Source of the DNA: a virus
Lineage: Duplodnaviria > Caudoviricetes
Strand: one strand, 5' to 3'
Virus record (IMG/VR): IMGVR_UViG_3300025773_000033
Location: 1-27,321 of that record
Length of the DNA stretch: 27,321 nt
This document shows positions 23,335 to 27,321 of this stretch, in pieces; position 1 is the stretch's first letter; each line of letters begins with the position of its first letter. The notes under the pieces were generated by a model. That model ran no database searches, had not been told where the DNA came from, and saw only the letters and a list, made by a program, of their open reading frames with translations. The position numbers and the translations under genes are program-made.

Positions 23335-26111
23335 TGGCACAACTACAAATATCTCAATTACCAACCGCATCCACTTTAACTGGATCGGAATTAGTCCCTG
23401 TTGTACAAAATGGTGTGACGTCACAGACTACTGTGAGCAACATCATTACATCCCCGTCATTGACTCAGACATTTTTGACAATTGGATCACAACCTAGTTT
23501 GCCTAATGCTCGGTACATAGGTGCGGGGACTGGTTTAATTGGCACGGACAATGGGGCGGGTTTAAATTATGTTTTATCCATTACAGGCGCTCCTTTAGCT
23601 CTGTATAACAACAGTAATGGTATTCAGGTAAAGACAGGCGCAAACACAATGTCTGCAGTGCAGATAGCTGTTGGGTCTGGTTTGTCTGTCAGCAATTCTG
23701 ATGGAACAACGGGAAACCCCACTATTTCCCTGAATGGATTTTTATCGACCATTAATAACGTATCTGGAACTGGGTTGTTGGCGGTTGCGGGTGGTTCTAC
23801 GGCTACATCTGTGACAATTACGGGTGGAACGGGCATATCGGTTACCAATGGTAATGGATCTGGTGGTAATCCAACAATATCTATTTCTCCAACAACGGGC
23901 ACGGGTAATGTTGTTTTTTCATCAAGCCCAACTATAAACAGCCCTACCTTGGTCACACCGGCACTGGGCACTCCTGCATCAGGAATAATGACCAATGTGA
24001 CTGGGGTACCTCTCACAACTGGTATAACAGGCGTTTTAGCCGTTTCTAATGGAGGTACAGGGGTTACATCGTCTACGGGTACGGGTAGCGTTGTTTTAAG
24101 TGCAAGTCCAACATTTACTGGCACTCCTACTGCTCCTACGGCATCTACTGGAACAAACAACACGCAATTGGCGACCACAGCGTTTGTGGCCAATACGATT
24201 GCAACTGGAACTGGTTTAATTACATCGTTTAGCGGTGGGACAACTGGGTTACTGCCAAGTAGTGCGTCTACTGGTGCAATTACGCTCAGTGGCAAGCTTA
24301 TTATTGCAAATGGTGGGACAAATGCTACGGCTACGCCGACAGCCGGTGCGGTTGCTTACGGAAACGGTACGGCATATGCGTTTACTGCGGTGGGTAGTTC
24401 AGGGCAAGTATTGGTTAGCCAAGGAGTTGGTGCGCCTGTTTGGGCATCTGTTTCTGGTACGGGAACGGTTACCTCGGTATCTGTGGTGTCTGCAAATGGT
24501 TTTACGGGTACTGTAGCAACCGCCACGTCAACCCCTGCTATAACGCTCTCTACAAGCATTACGGGTATTTTGAAAGGGAATGGCACAGCTATCAGCGCCG
24601 CAGTCTCTGGGACCGATTATGCGCCCGCTACGAGTGGCTCATCTATTCTTTATGGAAATGGATCTGGTGGATTTAGCAATGTAACGATTGCAGGTGGATT
24701 GACGTTCTCTGGTGGCACATTAACTGGCTTGAGCGGTACAGTTACTTCGGTGGCTCAGTCTTTTACTGGTGGACTAATTTCAGTTGCAGGGTCACCCATT
24801 ACGTCAAGTGGAACTTTAGCGTTGACGGTTGCGGGGACAAGTGGTGGTATTCCTTACTTTAGTTCAACATCTGCTTGGGCTAGTTCTGCTTTACTTAGTG
24901 CTAATGCGTTAATGGTTGGGGGAGGCTCTGGAGCATCGCCTAGCACAATCACAACAGGTACTGGTGTTGTAACTGCTTTAGGAGTCAACACAGGGTCAAC
25001 AGGTGCTTTTGTTGTTAATGGCGGTGCATTGGGTACGCCTAGTTCAGGAACAGTAACAAATTTAACGGGTACAGCTTCTATCAACATTAATGGTACGGTA
25101 GGGGCCACAACTCGTGCATCTGGAGACTTTACAACTTTAAGTGCCAATACGGTTACGAGTACGACTCCTGTATTGTCTTTTAATGCGGCAAATTCTATAG
25201 CAACCTTTGGTTCTACAACAGCCAGTTCATACAATCAATTGGTCATTCAAAATTTGAGTGGGACCGCGGGGGCGTCTACAAATTATGTGATTTCTAATGA
25301 TTTAGGTACAGACTCTAGCTATTATGGTGAGTTTGGAATGAATTCATCTGTGTATAGTGCGTCAACTCCAGTAGATTTTTTTAGTATCAACAATGGTGTT
25401 TACTTTTCTGCTCATAATGGTGATATTAGTTATGGATCTGGCACAGCAAATAAAACATATTTAACTTATGCATCTGGTGTTTCATCGCACGTTATCAACA
25501 ACTCTGGTGCTCTTGGTTTTAATACAAACTTGGGAACAACCCCTGCGTTATCAGGTACAACAGGATTTGGTACATCTGGACAACTTTTGGTAAGCGCAGG
25601 GTCGGCGTCTCCCCCTTCTTGGAATAGTTCAATATCCATTACAAATTTAACCACAAGTGGAACGGTTACATTTGGAGGTACAGGTGCAGTAACGCTTCCC
25701 GTTGGAACAACTGCTCAACAGCCTACTGCTGTACAGGGTATGTTGAGGTTTAATACAACGACAACTCAATTTGAAGGCTATAACGGTACTGCTTGGGCGT
25801 CTGTGGGGGGCGCCGCTATATCAAATGATACGGCTACTGCTACAGCGGTTTATCCTTTATTTGCTAATGCAACATCAGGAACGGCACTAACTGTATATAC
25901 AAGTAACGCTAAATATTTATATACCCCCAGTACAGGTTTATTACAAGCACCCAATGTAGCCTCTACTAATGGTATAACAATTAATGGCACAACTGTTTCA
26001 AGTAATGTAACTTTAGCAACGGGCACAAACGGTTTCTCAGTGGGTCCAATCACAACAGCATCTGGAGTTAGCGTCACGGTGAACTCAAGCCAGAGATGGG
26101 TAATCATTTAA
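23334..26111 (+). CDS. tail fibre protein (925 aa)
   Basis: N-terminal ISQLPTA...ELVPVVQNGVT anchor; G/T/S-rich fibre repeats (GTVTSV, NGGT, ASPTFTGTPTAPT...QLATTAFV); GMLRFNTTTTQFEGYNGTAW near the C-terminus. Confidence 0.85.
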   Translation: MAQLQISQLPTASTLTGSELVPVVQNGVTSQTTVSNIITSPSLTQTFLTIGSQPSLPNARYIGAGTGLIGTDNGAGLNYVLSITGAPLALYNNSNGIQVKTGANTMSAVQIAVGSGLSVSNSDGTTGNPTISLNGFLSTINNVSGTGLLAVAGGSTATSVTITGGTGISVTNGNGSGGNPTISISPTTGTGNVVFSSSPTINSPTLVTPALGTPASGIMTNVTGVPLTTGITGVLAVSNGGTGVTSSTGTGSVVLSASPTFTGTPTAPTASTGTNNTQLATTAFVANTIATGTGLITSFSGGTTGLLPSSASTGAITLSGKLIIANGGTNATATPTAGAVAYGNGTAYAFTAVGSSGQVLVSQGVGAPVWASVSGTGTVTSVSVVSANGFTGTVATATSTPAITLSTSITGILKGNGTAISAAVSGTDYAPATSGSSILYGNGSGGFSNVTIAGGLTFSGGTLTGLSGTVTSVAQSFTGGLISVAGSPITSSGTLALTVAGTSGGIPYFSSTSAWASSALLSANALMVGGGSGASPSTITTGTGVVTALGVNTGSTGAFVVNGGALGTPSSGTVTNLTGTASININGTVGATTRASGDFTTLSANTVTSTTPVLSFNAANSIATFGSTTASSYNQLVIQNLSGTAGASTNYVISNDLGTDSSYYGEFGMNSSVYSASTPVDFFSINNGVYFSAHNGDISYGSGTANKTYLTYASGVSSHVINNSGALGFNTNLGTTPALSGTTGFGTSGQLLVSAGSASPPSWNSSISITNLTTSGTVTFGGTGAVTLPVGTTAQQPTAVQGMLRFNTTTTQFEGYNGTAWASVGGAAISNDTATATAVYPLFANATSGTALTVYTSNAKYLYTPSTGLLQAPNVASTNGITINGTTVSSNVTLATGTNGFSVGPITTASGVSVTVNSSQRWVII

Positions 26112-26120
26112 GGAAATAAC

Positions 26121-27233
26121 ATGGCAAGCACGATAAGCGCAGGAACCACAACAACGACAGCCCTCGTATATACAGCGGATACATCTGGCGTACTTCAGCT
26201 ACAAACTAATGGTACGACTACTGCGGTAACAATAGATACAAGTCAAAACGTAGGGATAGGAGTTACTCCTAGTGCTATTGCATCGTACAAAGTTTTAGCC
26301 ATTAATAATTCAACGGGCGGTTTGATTGATTTAATGGTAAATGGAACGTCAACAGGCTATTTATATACTGATAGTGGCGGATTAAAAGTTGAAGGTGTCG
26401 GTGCTACACCAATTTTATTTAAAACCAATGGCACAACCGCGCTTACCGTTGACACATCTCAAAACGTAGGTATAGGAGTTACTCCTAGTGCTTGGGGAAC
26501 CTTAAAAGCAATTGAAATTGCAGGCGGTGGGTCTGTTAGTTCTTACAATCAAGCAACTCAATTAAATGCAAATTGTTATTACAACGGCTCTTCTTATGTA
26601 ATAAAAAATAATGGTAGTGCGGCAGGATATTTTCAAATTTCGGCTAATCAATTTCAATGGTGGCAAACTTCTGTTACAAGTGGTAACTTTACAGCTACCC
26701 AAGCAATGACACTAGATAATAGTGGTAATTTGCTGGTTAATACTAATACAAATAACATTGGTGGAGCTACAGGTAAAACAGCTATTCTTGGAATCTCAAC
26801 TGGATACGGTTTAGTAACAGCTATGCCATCAAATGGTGGACAATATTACTATCATGGTTTTGGTACTTCGGCTGGGGTTCAAACAGGATACATTGCCTCA
26901 ACAAATGGAGTAACAACTAGCTATGTTTCATTGTCAGACTATAGATTAAAAGAAAATGTTGCACCAATGACGGGTGCATTGGCAACAATTGCGCAACTTA
27001 AACCAGTAACTTACAACTGGAAAGCTGATGGCTCTAAAGGTCAAGGATTTATTGCTCACGAATTACAAGCTGTTGCACCTGATTGCGTAACTGGCGAAAA
27101 AGACGCTGTAGATGCTGAAGGCAATCCAGTTTATCAAGGCATTGATACTTCATTCCTCGTTGCTACACTAACATCCGCAATCCAAGAACTCTCCGCAAAA
27201 GTAACAGCTCTAGAAGCAAAGGTAGGAGCATAA
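26121..27233 (+). CDS. tail fibre/spike with C-terminal intramolecular chaperone (peptidase S74 type)
   Basis: NVGIG fibre repeats; autocleavage motif SDYRLKENV; LKPVTYNW, GFIAHEL and a terminal coiled coil AIQELSAKVTALEAK. Confidence 0.92.
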   Translation: MASTISAGTTTTTALVYTADTSGVLQLQTNGTTTAVTIDTSQNVGIGVTPSAIASYKVLAINNSTGGLIDLMVNGTSTGYLYTDSGGLKVEGVGATPILFKTNGTTALTVDTSQNVGIGVTPSAWGTLKAIEIAGGGSVSSYNQATQLNANCYYNGSSYVIKNNGSAAGYFQISANQFQWWQTSVTSGNFTATQAMTLDNSGNLLVNTNTNNIGGATGKTAILGISTGYGLVTAMPSNGGQYYYHGFGTSAGVQTGYIASTNGVTTSYVSLSDYRLKENVAPMTGALATIAQLKPVTYNWKADGSKGQGFIAHELQAVAPDCVTGEKDAVDAEGNPVYQGIDTSFLVATLTSAIQELSAKVTALEAKVGA

Positions 27234-27236
27234 CAA

Positions 27237-27321
27237 ATGTCATCAAATCTTATTACCGCAGACAATGGTGTTAGTTCTGGCGTTACTGGAATTACGCAAT
27301 CAGCAGGGAGCGATGGAACCT
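27237..27321 (+). CDS. partial fibre-like protein, truncated by the window end
   Basis: AGGAG RBS; MSSNLITADNGVSSGVTGITQSAGSDGT resembles the N-terminus of the preceding fibre gene. Confidence 0.7.
   Translation, partial: MSSNLITADNGVSSGVTGITQSAGSDGT

Noticed and set aside
131-26107. Numerous minus-strand and alternative-frame ORFs in the track (e.g. 9745-10419, 17350-17721, 23624-24295)
   Set aside because: They are shadows of well-supported + strand genes, show no recognisable motifs, and their composition mirrors antisense codon bias.
23334-27233. GG dipeptides in tail fibres as part of the GG code
   Set aside because: They lie in generic G/T/S-rich fibre repeats (NGGT, SGGT) and lack the hydrophobic-[A/K]-x-GG, Lys-rich context.
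26121-27321. Diversity-generating retroelement acting on the fibres
   Set aside because: No reverse transcriptase and no template/variable repeat pair differing at adenines in this window.
1-27321. CRISPR array, tRNA genes, integrase or IS elements, alternative genetic code
   Set aside because: No regularly spaced repeats, cloverleafs or recombinase/transposase motifs seen; long genes read through under the standard code, with TAA, TGA and TAG all used as stops.

Overview
A 27.3-kb segment of a tailed dsDNA bacteriophage genome (Caudoviricetes, probably short-tailed), with essentially all real genes on the + strand. The gene style recalls uncultured freshwater phages of Betaproteobacteria, but that host guess is inference only. 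Gene order: a run of tiny translationally coupled accessory ORFs; a ~245-nt highly base-paired intergenic element; terminase small and large subunits; an acyl carrier protein; a ~1840-aa multidomain (polyvalent-type) protein; portal; GroES-like co-chaperonin; scaffold; head proteins including the major capsid protein; a His/Lys/Gly-rich repeat protein; further virion proteins; a head-tail connector; and tail fibres, one with a peptidase-S74-type intramolecular chaperone. The most notable unexplained signal is a shared [F/Y/L/M/H]-[A/K]-x-G-G-x-(V/A) motif. It punctuates three unrelated late proteins, and in two of them it falls at apparent module boundaries, suggesting a double-glycine processing or head-targeting code. 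Also notable are the putative large structured RNA upstream of the packaging operon and a phage ACP with a structured leader between TerL and portal. All family assignments come from motif recognition by eye; no database search was run.
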